Source of the DNA: Paraspadella gotoi
Taxonomy: Eukaryota > Animalia > Chaetognatha
Direction of reading: 5' to 3'
Assembly (NCBI GenBank): GCA_051294375.1
Contig: CM119266.1
Span: 27,142,718-27,206,717, forward strand
Length of the DNA stretch: 64,000 nt
Positions 52,190-64,000 of this stretch are shown here, in pieces (the first letter of the stretch is position 1; every line of letters begins with the position of its first letter). Both the position numbers and the translations under genes were made by a program. Below the pieces are notes generated by a model, which was not told the origin of the DNA, ran no database searches, and saw only the letters and a program-made list of their open reading frames with translations.

Positions 52190-53215
52190 TAGAACAGACA
52201 AAAATTTTTAGCTTAAAAATTCGAAAGGGACTTATTGGCTCTTGCTGCTCGCCCTAGAATCGTTCATTGTTTCAATGTATTTAGGTATGAAAAGGGGCAT
52301 TTGTTTCAATCAAACCTCCGCATTGATGGCAAATGTGCCCTCTCATTCTAATACGCAACTGGTTCTAAACCCAAATAATTCAAAGCTAAGAAATTTGACA
52401 TGTGATCTTGGTAGCATTAGTATACTTTAAAAAAGTTATAATTCAACTGTCTTCTAATTTAATTCACAATAGAGAGTTAGAAATAGTGACAAAACAACCA
52501 TGGCTATACACTACCAGTGAAATAACGAAATACCTTATAAAGTTTAAATAATTTTTAACTCAGATATTTGTATTTAAATCGTAATTCTGGACAATACTCC
52601 ATATCTCGATTGGTTGCAATGAGGTGCGTTTACATAACTTATTGATGTGAGTATTCCACTTTAATTTACATCGATAGGTAACCCCTAAAAAATTGCTTCT
52701 GAACATCCCATTTTAACTCCAAATAATTCTATAGTCAGACTACCGAACAACTGTCTTCGTCTCCTTGAAAAATATTAATTGAACATTTATCTGGAGCTAA
52801 TTTAAGCGCGCCCATTTTAGCTGCACACCCCCACCTCCTGAGTCGGCATTCCATTGTCCTCTTGGCAAATTAAATTGACACATACTCCAGGACACTCACT
52901 CCATGTAACCCAGTTTGCACCGTACTCAATCCGCAAAATTGACTATTCTCTACTATTTCCTGGTCCTTATTGGTTGATATCGACGATACGTGATAACTAC
53001 ACGGAAGAGGTCGGCGCGTGATATACATTCCTCCTTGCGCGACAACCACAAGCATGTGTCAGAATTTTTCTCCTCGAGTTACAATCTCCGATCTTAATGT
53101 AACAAATTCATATTTGTAAGATAGGCAAGTCAATTAGTCGAATGACGGGCTGTCTGGAAAGCCCAGTTCCTTCATCTTTATTAATCAACCTACTTAATCA
53201 CGAAAACTGTCAAAA
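52190..53215 (-). mobile_element. Duplicate of the LINE RT fragment, indel-riddled
   Basis: Colinear with 57480-58450 (IVENSQF still readable) but has many single-base insertions. Confidence 0.85.
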
Positions 53216-53244
53216 ATTCCGAGACGAATTTGTAAAATCATAAA

Positions 53245-53736
53245 ATGGCTGAAGGATGATCCTCAACCGCTTCCGTCTCGAAGATCCGCTCTCGTATCCC
53301 GCGGTCGCGGCCATTTTCGCGAGAGTGATTGGCGCGCTGTCCGGCGGCGGCAGTCGCCTCATCCATCGTGTCTCGCGACCCCCAGTATTCCTTGGGACGC
53401 TCTTTAGCTAACGTTCGATCACTTCGAGAAGCGACGTTCCGAAGTTGGAGTCGCTTTCAAAAAGCCCGTCGAAGACGCCGTCGCAAGGTCCTGTTCGCGG
53501 ATGGACGAATTCACACGCCGCTCAGCAAACGAGGGGCCCTGCCTCCCGTCAGCCGCGCCTCAGGCCTTACTCGACAAAACGCCGGCTTCGCATCGAGGTT
53601 CTCGGGATCCAGCGCCCCGCCGACGGTGACTCAGCTGCGGGAATTCAATCAACCGCGGGCGACAAGCTCATCCGAAGCTGCTGAATCCGCTATACATCGT
53701 GGCCTCGCGCGTCAACGCCAAACCATCGATCATTAA
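53245..53736 (+). CDS. Duplicate of the GC-rich orphan ORF
   Basis: Colinear with 58479-58953, with a different set of indels. Confidence 0.4.
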
Positions 53737-54438
53737 TGATGATACAATGATAGATAACGTAAATAAGAGAGAGAGAACCTAACTAATCATAACATTAGCA
53801 TTAAATTAACAATCAATCAAAAGAGATAAGAGAGAAATTCAATAAGATGTATTTTGGTTTTCTAATTTAAACTCTTTTCCAATCCTACGATTCCATGACA
53901 AAAAATTATATCCACTTATTCAACATACCTTCACTAAAATTCATTTCAATTTATCCTATCAAAATTTTTAATAATATAATAATTAATTGAGTAAATATAA
54001 CATAAAAACTTTAAGTAAATGTGCTATTGTTTTTCCATTTAAACTCATTTCCATCGAAACTTTATGGTCCAGCTCAAACACACATTTCCTACCCACACAC
54101 AAAATTTCATTCCAATCCTTGCATCCAATCACGGCAGTAATTGGAGGTTTAATGCTGAGCGGGGAGGACGCGATGACGGACGTCTTTGTTTTTTTTTTTT
54201 TTTGGCATAATTTATAATAATTGATGTTCTGATATAATAAAAATAGATTTACCGACATGATTTTGGGGTGGGACCTACGGTCCGAAAAGTGGATTATAGA
54301 GTCGGAATCAGCTGATAAGCAGATCCGACTAAAACACAATGAAAGTGAAGAGGAATGTGAAAAGGAAAGTGAAAGAGGAAGAGAAGTGAAAGAAGGAATA
54401 GAGTGAAAAGGAAAGAGAAGAGGAAAGTGGAAAGGAAG

Positions 54439-55813
54439 GATATTGCAACAAGGCTTGTCAAAGACGCGACTGGCGACGACGTCATAAAGACGCCTGTCAA
54501 GTTTCGCTTGCTCATAGTAGTTCGACGCCTGATCGCCTCGAATCTGTANNNNNNNNNNNNNNNNNNNNNNNNNNNNNNNNNNNNNNNNNNNNNNNNNNNN
54601 NNNNNNNNNNNNNNNNNNNNNNNNNNNNNNNNNNNNNNNNNNNNNNNNNNNNNNNNNNNNNNNNNNNNNNNNNNNNNNNNNNNNNNNNNNNNNNNNNNNN
54701 NNNNNNNNNNNNNNNNNNNNNNNNNNNNNNNNNNNNNNNNNNNNNNNNNNNNNNNNNNNNNNNNNNNNNNNNNNNNNNNNNNNNNNNNNNNNNNNNNNNN
54801 NNNNNNNNNNNNNNNNNNNNNNNNNNNNNNNNNNNNNNNNNNNNNNNNNNNNNNNNNNNNNNNNNNNNNNNNNNNNNNNNNNNNNNNNNNNNNNNNNNNN
54901 NNNNNNNNNNNNNNNNNNNNNNNNNNNNNNNNNNNNNNNNNNNNNNNNNNNNNNNNNNNNNNNNNNNNNNNNNNNNNNNNNNNNNNNNNNNNNNNNNNNN
55001 NNNNNNNNNNNNNNNNNNNNNNNNNNNNNNNNNNNNNNNNNNNNNNNNNNNNNNNNNNNNNNNNNNNNNNNNNNNNNNNNNNNNNNNNNNNNNNNNNNNN
55101 NNNNNNNNNNNNNNNNNNNNNNNNNNNNNNNNNNNNNNNNNNNNNNNNNNNNNNNNNNNNNNAATTTCATTGCGAAGAAGTATCTTTAAAAAATGAAAGC
55201 ATATTGAGTTACTTGAAAAAACAGTCAGTGAACACGGTTGATTGGGCCAACTGTCTCAGTTACCTGAATCCAGATGAAGCTCATAAAATTTGTTGTGCAA
55301 TCAGCTCAAAAGAAGCAAAGATAAAACACATTGGATTTTNNNNNNNNNNNNNNNNNNNNNNNNNNNNNNNNNNNNNNNNNNNNNNNNNNNNNNNNNNNNN
55401 NNNNNNNNNNNNNNNNNNNNNNNNNNNNNNNNNNNNNNNNNNNNNNNNNNNNNNNNNNNNNNNNNNNNNNNNNNNNNNNNNNNNNNNNNNNNNNNNNNNN
55501 NNNNNNNNNNNNNNNNNNNNNNNNNNNNNNNNNNNNNNNNNNNNNNNNNNNNNNNNNNNNNNNNNNNNNNNNNNNNNNNNNNNNNNNNNNNNNNNNNNNN
55601 NNNNNNNNNNNNNNNNNNNNNNNNNNNNNNNNNNNNNNNNNNNNNNNNNNNNNNNNNNNNNNNNNNNNNNNNNNNNNNNNNNNNNNNNNNNNNNNNNNNN
55701 NNNNNNNNNNNNNNNNNNNNNNNNNNNNNNNNNNNNNNNNNNNNNNNNNNNNNNNNNNNNNNNNNNNNNNNNNNNNNNNNNNNGAATTGGTTCGAGTTCA
55801 TGAGTCGAATTAA
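54439..55813 (+). pseudogene. Second, 5'-truncated and mostly N-masked copy of the MYND gene
   Basis: The visible islands 54439-54548, 55163-55339 and 55784-55813 match the first copy. It starts mid-MYND (at YCNKACQ) after an unrelated purine-rich stretch. Confidence 0.7.
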
Positions 55814-57479
55814 GTGCTTAGTTCTGATTTTTTATTATTTATAAATCTATCACTATCTACTGGAAGCTTTCATTAAATAATACATATGCTTTTTGGTGTC
55901 TGTCCTCACTTTTTCGATGTTAAATTAAAAAAAGAAAACAAAGAAAAAATTGGCAAATGTAATATTAATAATTGGTTTTGATTTTTTTAACCACAAAAAT
56001 ATCACTTATTGATATTTTATTTCCTTCTTTTTGTTTAAAAATGTTTTCATGAGATATTTTTATTCAAGTTTGAGTCTTTTGGTCATTTGGTACTTTATCT
56101 ATAAAAAAAATTTTAAAATTTAATAAACACGTATTTCAAATGGGAGTGAAATGAAAAGATCAAATACTGTGGCTAAATAATTTGTTATAGCAACTTAAGA
56201 TTTTGCACTCTGGTAGAAAAATCGCTGACGTTTTTTAAACTTGAATAATTTTTTCACCTTAGTATTTACCGATGCAATTGTTACGAAATAACTATCTTTT
56301 ATATTACGATGAAATCCAGCTTCTTAGATTAGATTAGATTTATTCAAGAAGGACGGGCCGGGGCACAGTGATCCCCAAAAAAATTAAAACCGGATAAAAG
56401 CCACTTGAACATACGGGCATAAATGCATATTCAGTCTTTCCATAGTAATGGTACAAAGTCTTATGTAAGATAACATTTTCCAAAAATTATTCTTTCTAAA
56501 GTTATAAGCATTGAGCAAATCTCTATTTCGGGTGAGTCTTTGAGAGGTTTGTTTCACTCACGTGGAAGAGAAAAATTATTTAACTTTGTTATGGTATCAG
56601 CACTTTGTCTAGTTTGTTAACAAATAAAAAAATGATTTTTATATTATGTCACTATGTATGATATGAAAAACATAGTAAAAACTCATCGAATTTCAACCGA
56701 TTTCAATCAACCAGATTTAGTTCCTAATGATACATCTTATCACTAATCAGTTATTAATTAAATCTCATCCGCATTTGTCCGCCCTTTTGAGAAATTTAAA
56801 AATGCTTTTTATTCCAAAAATAATAAAAAAGAATTCGATATTCTTCAGAAATTACTATATGATTCTTTTCTTTGACCGATTTTCCGATCTTAATTTGCTT
56901 AGTGCACTTTTAAAAAGATTAAATTAATGATCTTAAATTCAGCAAATATATACCTATTACTTATAATATAATAAAGAAAAAAATATTAAGTTCAGTCAAT
57001 TTCTTTTTAATATCAAAATTATAAATCAAAAGTTGTTCAACTACCATAAATGATTTTTTTAAAAACCAAATTTGGCGGTAAATGAATTTTTTCTCCATAT
57101 TTTTTCAAATCACTTTATATCATTTGAAACGTTTCAAACAACCTCAGATGGCATCTATGATAATCAGCATACGAGAAAATGTTGTTTTTGCCAAAAAAGG
57201 GAGGTTTATCCGGAAATTTAGGCCATTTGGATCACTGTGCGGGGGTAGGCCATGGGTCGCAGTTACAAATAATCACAGACAGGTTTACAATTAATCACAG
57301 CATAACGAGAACAATAATTATCTTCGGAAACAAATTTGGTCAAAGTATTACGGCACCGAATAGGTGAAAAGGAATTTTCAATCCATTTCTAAATCCGTAT
57401 CTTTTACTGAAGTCTGTAATTTAATCTTTTCATAACTCTTTTCAAATACAAACAGTATCCTATACAAAGAAAACAGAGT

Positions 57480-58450
57480 TAAATCTTAAGTTTTAGAACA
57501 GAACAAAAATTTTTACTTAAAAATTCGAAGGGACTTATTGCTCTTCTGCTCGCCCTAAAATCGTTCATGTTTTCAATGTATTTAGGTAAAAGGGGCATTT
57601 TTTCAATCAAACCTCGCATTTGCAAATGTGCCCTCTATTCTAATACGCAATGGTTCTAAACCCAAATAATTCAAAGCTAAGAAATTTGACATTGATCTTG
57701 GTACATTAGATATACTTTTAAAAAATTATAAATTCAACTGTCTCTAATTTATTCCATAGAGAGTTAGAAATAGTACAAAAACAACACATGCTATACACTA
57801 ACAGTGAAATAACGAATACCTTATAAAGTTCTAACATAATTTTACTACTCAGATATTTGTATTTAAATCGTAATTTGGACAATACTCCATATCTCTGTAT
57901 CATACGTTTACATAAATTATTGATGTGAGTATTCCACTTTAATTTACTATCGAAGGTAACCCCTAAAAAAATTGCTTCCTGAACAATCCCAATTTTAACT
58001 CCAAATAATTCTAAGTCCAGACTACCGAACAACGTTCTTCGTCTCCTTGAAAAAATAATTAATTGACATTTATCTGGAGCTAATTTAAGGCGCCATTTAC
58101 TGCACCACCTCTGGATCGCATCCATTGTCCTCTTCATTTCAAATTGACACAACTCCAAGGACACTTCTGTAACCCAGTTTGCCGTATCATCCGCAAATTG
58201 ACTATTCTCTACTATCTTCGGGTCCTTATTGGTGATATCGAATACGTAAATAGAGAAGAGGTCCGGTGATATAATTCCTCCTTGCGGACAACCACAAGAC
58301 TTGTAGATTTTTCTCGAGTTACAATCTCCGATCTTAAATGTAACAAATCTATTTGTAAGATACAAGTCAATTAGTCGAATGAGGCTGTCTGGAAAGCCCA
58401 GTTCCTTCATCTTTATAATCAAACCTACTTAATCACAAAACTGTCAAAAA
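57480..58450 (-). mobile_element. 5'-truncated non-LTR retrotransposon (LINE): reverse transcriptase C-terminal half
   Basis: ORF 57718-58422 has GCPQGGIISPDLFSIY, SQFADDTA, W..KWRLKL..DKCQ and FLGVTFDSKLKWNTHI. After a frameshift it continues as SNVPRSMSN..ALNYLGLEPLRIR, a typical LINE post-RT region. It begins near the FDS motif, so it is truncated. Confidence 0.92.
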
Positions 58451-58478
58451 TTCCGAGACGAATTTGTAAAATATAAAA

Positions 58479-58953
58479 ATGGCTGAAGATGATCTCAACC
58501 GCTTCCGTCTCGAGTCCGCTCCTTCGTATCGCGGTCGCGGCCATTTCTCGAGAGTGATTGGCGCTGTCGGCGGCGCAGTCGCCTATCCTCTGTCTCGCGA
58601 CCCCAGTATTCCTTGGGAACGCTCTTTAGCTCAACGTTTCGATCACTTCGAGAACGAGTTCCGAGTTGGACGTCGCTTTCAAAAAGCCCGTCGAAGACGC
58701 CGTCGCAAGGTCTGTTCGCGAGATGGACGAATCCACGACGCCGCTCAGCAAACGAAGGGGCCCTGCCTCCCGTCAGCCGCGCCTCAGCCTTCTCGACAAA
58801 ACGCCTTCGCATCGAGGTTCCGGGATCCAGCGCCCCGCCGACGGTGACTCCAGCTGCGGGAATTCAATCAACCGCGGCGACAAGCTCATCCGAGAGCTGC
58901 TGAATCCGCTATACGTGGCCTCCGCGTCAACCGCCCAAACCCTCGATCATTAA
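58479..58953 (+). CDS. GC-rich orphan ORF or terminal exon (about 155 aa; frame uncertain because of indels)
   Basis: Sharp GC-rich island from AAAATG (MAEDDLNRFRLES) to ...ELLNPLYV...TLDH-stop, between AT-rich flanks. No family recognised with confidence. Confidence 0.45.
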
Positions 58954-60653
58954 TCAATGATACAATGATAGATAAGTAAATAAAGAGAGAGAGAAACCTA
59001 ACTAATCATAACATTAGCATTAAAATTAACAATCAATCAAAGAGATAGAGAGAAATTCAAATAAATGTATTTTGGTTTTCTAATTTAAACTCTTTTCCAA
59101 TCCTACGATTCCATCAAAAAATTATATCCAGCTTATTCACATACCTTCACAAAATTCCATTTCAATTTATCTATCAAATTTTTAATAAATATAATAATTA
59201 TGAGTAAATATAACTAAAAAACTTTAAGTAAATGTGACTATTGTTTTTTCCATTTAAACTCATTTCCATCGAAACTTTATGTCCAGCTCAAACACACACT
59301 TTCCTACCCACACACAAAATTTCATTCCAATCNNNNNNNNNNNNNNNNNNNNNNNNNNNNNNNNNNNNNNNNNNNNNNNNNNNNNNNNNNNNNNNNNNNN
59401 NNNNNNNNNNNNNNNNNNNNNNNNNNNNNNNNNNNNNNNNNNNNNNNNNNNNNNNNNNNNNNNNNNNNNNNNNNNNNNNNNNNNNNNNNNNNNNNNNNNN
59501 NNNNNNNNNNNNNNNNNNNNNNNNNNNNNNNNNNNNNNNNNNNNNNNNNNNNNNNNNNNNNNNNNNNNNNNNNNNNNACGGGAATTAGAATCTGGAATTA
59601 GAATCGAAGAGGAAAAGTAAAAGAGAGAGAAGATCTAAGAATAAACGAATTTTAAAACATAATCTGTTAATGTAAATAATAATAATAATAATAATTCTTC
59701 AATTTAACAAAAGATAAACGAAAGTAGCAGCAGNNNNNNNNNNNNNNNNNNNNNNNNNNNNNNNNNNNNNNNNNNNNNNNNNNNNNNNNNNNNNNNNNNN
59801 NNNNNNNNNNNNNNNNNNNNNNNNNNNNNNNNNNNNNNNNNNNNNNNNNNNNNNNNNNNNNNNNNNNNNNNNNNNNNNNNNNNNNNNNNNNNNNNNNNNN
59901 NNNNNNNNNNNNNNNCGACCCGGTAAACGCAAAGAGCGAAAGCAGCGGTTCGCCACTATTGCGATATTTAGCCTTTTTTTTGTTTTCTGTACAGAAAAGT
60001 GTAGCGAGGAGAAGTCGTTGCTGACCCGGATGAGGATGAGGTCCTGGGGAGAAGAGGAGGAGGAGGAGGAAGAAAAAGAGGAAAGAGTAGACGCCGTCCA
60101 AGATCGGGTTGAGGAGAACGAATGTCGAAGAAAATGATGACTAAGTTGATAAGAATTGCGAGGAGGAAAAAAGGAAAGAGAGGTTGTGAATGGAGAAGAT
60201 GATAACGAAGACGAGGGAGACGATAACGACGACGACAAAGATGAAAACGACAATTGAGTTTAGTAAAAAGACAATGACTGAGAAGATGATATTGACGACG
60301 ACAGGGAAAACCATAACGGTATNNNNNNNNNNNNNNNNNNNNNNNNNNNNNNNNNNNNNNNNNNNNNNNNNNNNNNNNNNNNNNNNNNNNNNNNNNNNNN
60401 NNNNNNNNNNNNNNNNNNNNNNAGTAAAAAGACAATGATTGAGAAGATGATATTGACGACGACAGGGAAAACAATAACGGTATGGACGAAAACGACGACG
60501 ACATAGATGACGATAACGAAGAGGTCGAGTAGAACAAAAATCGATAAAATCCTTGGGCGGCGTCACTGGCATAAATCAAGAGTTATGGCCGTCGATCCTT
60601 TGGCCCCATAACAGGAAGGAGGAAAAAAAATATTCAAAAGAATCAGTTTTTAT

Positions 60654-60707
<54 letters not shown>

Positions 60708-61541
60708 CTTTCCCTTTCTTCTCTTTTCAACAAGGAGAAAAACCAAATTATTTTCGCGGATAAATTATTCGATTTTCGTCGCCGCCTTTTGACTTTTGGC
60801 GGGAAAACTCGTCGGAAGAAGAAAAACAAAAGACAAACAGAAAAAATCTGGAGCCGAAAAAGTTTTTTCTTCTTTTTTTTCTTTCTTTTTTTTATTTTTC
60901 GCGGAAGGAAACATCATTTTGAGATTTTGATGAGAAATTCCGATTCTCGATTTCTTTGGGATGACGATAGAAGATGTCATTTACGAAAAACAGAAACGCA
61001 AATGAAAAAGTAATAAACAAACAAAGAAAACTTACTTTTTCTTTCGCTTACAACCCGAACTTTTTAATGATACCTTACCTTATGAGTTATGTATATCATC
61101 TTTTTAAAGTATGTTTTACATCCGTCACTACTACCCCTACCCTAGCCAGTAGCCAGTAACCATTCTTCTAAACCGCTCCCCAAATATCAACCCTCCCCTC
61201 GCTCGCTCTCGCACCCCCAATACACAAACCCCATCGTTTCACCCCCTACCCACTCCACCTCACCACGTACCCCCTTTCCTCACCTCGGCCTCTCGAAAAC
61301 ATGACGAAGAGACGTCACGTTCGCGCCTCGAACCCGCGACCTCGTGACATCGTCACATCGTCTCGCCTCTTCATATTCGCGCCGAGTTTTTTCCGCATAG
61401 AAAAAAAAAAAAGAAACCTTTCGTTTTTTTTTTTGTTTTTTGTTTTTGTTTTTTTTCTTTTATGACGACGACGACGACAACAATAAAAACGATTTTGACG
61501 ACATTTGAATAGTGTCGTGAATGGAGGTCGTCGCCCGTCAC

Positions 61542-61577
<36 letters not shown>

Positions 61578-61683
61578 GAGAGTTTTGATTTTGTCAACGT
61601 NNNNNNNNNNATCGTCGTCGTTGGTAGAGAGCTTTGATTTTGTCAACGTTTTAATGACTGTCATCGTCTCCGTCATTCTTATA

Positions 61684-61786
61684 TATGAAATTGGTACAAC
61701 CAATATAAAAAGTATCCATTCATTCAATAAATAAGCTATCTTCCTCCTGACTTTGGACAGGCTTTGGTGGTTTAAGGCCTCCATCA
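61684..61786 (-). repeat. Dispersed repeat, same family as 7228-7330 (partial copies at 3613, 4641 inverted, 9083, 26225, 26379, 44268)
   Basis: TATGAAATTGGTACAACCAATATAAAA...GACTTTGGACAGGCTTTGGTGGTTTAAGGCCTCCATCA is closely similar to 7228-7330. Confidence 0.85.
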
Positions 61787-62038
61787 CTCTTACAAGATGA
61801 GAGAGAATTTATGTTATGATATAAGTTCATTAACTACATAAATTAATAATCTTATATTAACTTATAACTGCATAATAGTACATATAAAGTGATTATAACT
61901 GTCAATGTGTGGACGTTAAAGGATCTCTTTTAGCATTGGCTCCGTTACTATGCTCATGTTGTCGTGCGTGATTCCATTCGACCTTCGATCGGTCGCCTCG
62001 TATCGCACGTCTTGACGGTCGCTTCGTCGGTAGATTTG

Positions 62039-62560
62039 TCGGTCCCTCCGCCGGTCCCTCCCTCGGTCCCTCNNNNNNNNNNNNNNNNNNNNNNNNNNNN
62101 NNNNNNNNNNNNNNNNNNNNNNNNNNNNNNNNNNNNNNNNNNNNNNNNNNNNNNNNNNNNNNNNNNNNNNNNNNNNNNNNNNNNNNNNNNNNNNNNNNNN
62201 NNNNNNNNNNNNNNNNNNNNNNNNNNNNNNNNNNNNNNNNNNNNNNNNNNNNNNNNNNNNNNNNNNNNNNNNNNNNNNNNNNNNNNNNNNNNNNNNNNNN
62301 NNNNNNNNNNNNNNNNNNNNNNNNNNNNNNNNNNNNNNNNNNNNNNNNNNNNNNNNNNNNNNNNNNNNNNNNNNNNNNNNNNNNNNNNNNNNNNNNNNNN
62401 NNNNNNNNNNNNNNNNNNNNNNNNNNNNNNNNNNNNNNNNNNNNNNNNNNNNNNNNNNNNNNNNNNNNNNNNNNNNNNNNNNNNNNNNNNNNNNNNNNNN
62501 NNNNNNNNNNNNNNNNNNNNNNNNNCGGTCCCTCCCTCGGTCCCTCCGCCGGTCCCTTCC
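62039..62560. repeat. 12-bp GC-rich tandem repeat (CGGTCCCTCCGC / CGGTCCCTCCCT) spanning an N gap
   Basis: The same units are present on both sides of the gap. Confidence 0.8.
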
Positions 62561-63209
62561 TCGATTCCTCTTCGTCCGCGAATCCAAATCGGCAAATTTT
62601 TTTTTCTCGTGTGAGAGAAGCGAAAAAAAGGAGAAGNNNNNNNNNNNNNNNNNNNNNNNNNNNNNNNNNNNNNNNNNNNNNNNNNNNNNNNNNNNNNNNN
62701 NNNNNNNNNNNNNNNNNNNNNNNNNNNNNNNNNNNNNNNNNNNNNNNNNNNNNNNNNNNNNNNNNNNNNNNNNNNNNNNNNNNNNNNNNNNNNNNNNNNN
62801 NNNNNNNNNNNNNNNNNNNNNNNNNNNNNNNNNNNNNNNNNNNNNNNNNNNNNNNNNNNNNNNNNNNNNNNNNNNNNNNNNNNNNNNNNNNNNNNNNNNN
62901 NNNNNNNNNNNNNNNNNNNNNNNNNNNNNNNNNNNNNNNNNNTTCGTGGTTATCACGTGACCTTAGATCAATGAAACCTCAGAACGTCGACTGCCTTCTC
63001 TTTTCTCTCCCCCCACCTTCCCATCCTTCACTCTCTCTCTCTTTATCCGTCGTCTNNNNNNNNNNNNNNNNNNNNNNNNNNNNNNNNNNNNNNNNNNNNN
63101 NNNNNNNNNNNNNNNNNNNNNNNNNNNNNNNNNNNNNNNNNNNNNNNNNNNNNNNNNNNNNNNNNNNNNNNNNNNNNNNNNNNNNNNNNNNNNNNNNNNN
63201 NNNNNCTCA

Positions 63210-63242
<33 letters not shown>

Positions 63243-64000
63243 TCTGTCCTTTGCTCCGAAGAAAGAATATATTTTACTCTTTTGTCATATTTTTTTGTTT
63301 GTCTCTGGATTCGGAGGTCAAAGAGACAAAGGGACGAAACAGGAAGAAGAAAAAAGGGAAATCGAGGAGGCGAACCTGGTGACCGTTTTGGGGAAACCCC
63401 ATCGAGGCGGCAGACGACGACGAAAACTACGACGACGTTTTAACGATCGGACACCAGCGGAGAGGACCCATATTGAGTTATATTGACGTATTAGACGAGC
63501 CTTATTAACTTGTATTTCACGAAGAAAAGATCTATATTTATTCATGGAACAGATGCTTTGGTTAAGTATCTATTGTTGTAAAATGTCATGCTTCGCTTCT
63601 CTTTTTTCCGCTCGGTTTGCAAATACAAATTTGTTAAAAAATAAAAAACAAACAACAAAAACACAATAAAAAACGACAAAGAACAAAAGAGAGACAAAAT
63701 GCGTTCGACCGCCGGCGCCACATCATTTTTTTTTTCGTTTTGGCGTCACGGCGGTTCAAATTCCTTTTTGTCGCCTCCGAAATGTTGCCGTCGCGACGAA
63801 AGCGACGTCCTTTTCGGCGAAGATGGTGTCGGTTGCCAATGGCAACGACGAAAATCTCTTCTTCGGTTTGAATTACTGTTTTTTTCGGGTTTTCTTGCAA
63901 TCGGCGGACTAAACATGTATTGTTTGTATGTAATGTATGTATGGTATGGTCGGAGGTAAATACGAAACTGAAAAAACTTGAGACAAACTAGAGATAATCA

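Larger units (their letters stand above)
48838..59332 (+). repeat. Tandem duplication of a roughly 5.3 kb unit (A 48838-54118, B 54439-59332)
   Basis: 50472-51400 and 55784-56700 are near-identical. The rest is colinear through the LINE, the orphan ORF and the AT-rich tail. Confidence 0.95.

Noticed and set aside
53983-63486. Long ORFs dominated by X (for example 54403-55803, 61916-62956)
   Set aside because: They stay open only because N gaps contain no stop codons.

Overview
Eukaryotic (probably invertebrate) draft-assembly window. It is AT-rich, saturated with (AG)n, (ACG)n and (AAAG)n microsatellites and several minisatellites, and has many N gaps and stretches of indel-rich consensus. 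Almost all ORFs in the supplied track are microsatellite translations. Supported content: (1) a five-exon archease gene (43399-45377, +) with an unusually long, phase-consistent N-terminal extension of about 140 aa; (2) an apparently intronless MYND zinc-finger gene with a large uncharacterised C-terminal domain, which sits with a 5'-truncated LINE reverse transcriptase and a GC-rich orphan ORF in a roughly 5.3 kb unit present twice in tandem; (3) two copies of a hAT-type foldback element with long inverted arms and exact 8-bp TSDs, the second forming a three-layer nest (solo LTR with 4-bp TSD > hAT > LTR-like insert with 5-bp TSD); (4) a dispersed repeat that looks like Penelope-like element termini with decayed minimal hammerhead ribozymes; (5) CpG-rich islands with candidate regulatory motifs (a perfect DR5, YY1, TCF, clustered 5' splice-site motifs). 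I saw no tRNA, rRNA or CRISPR.
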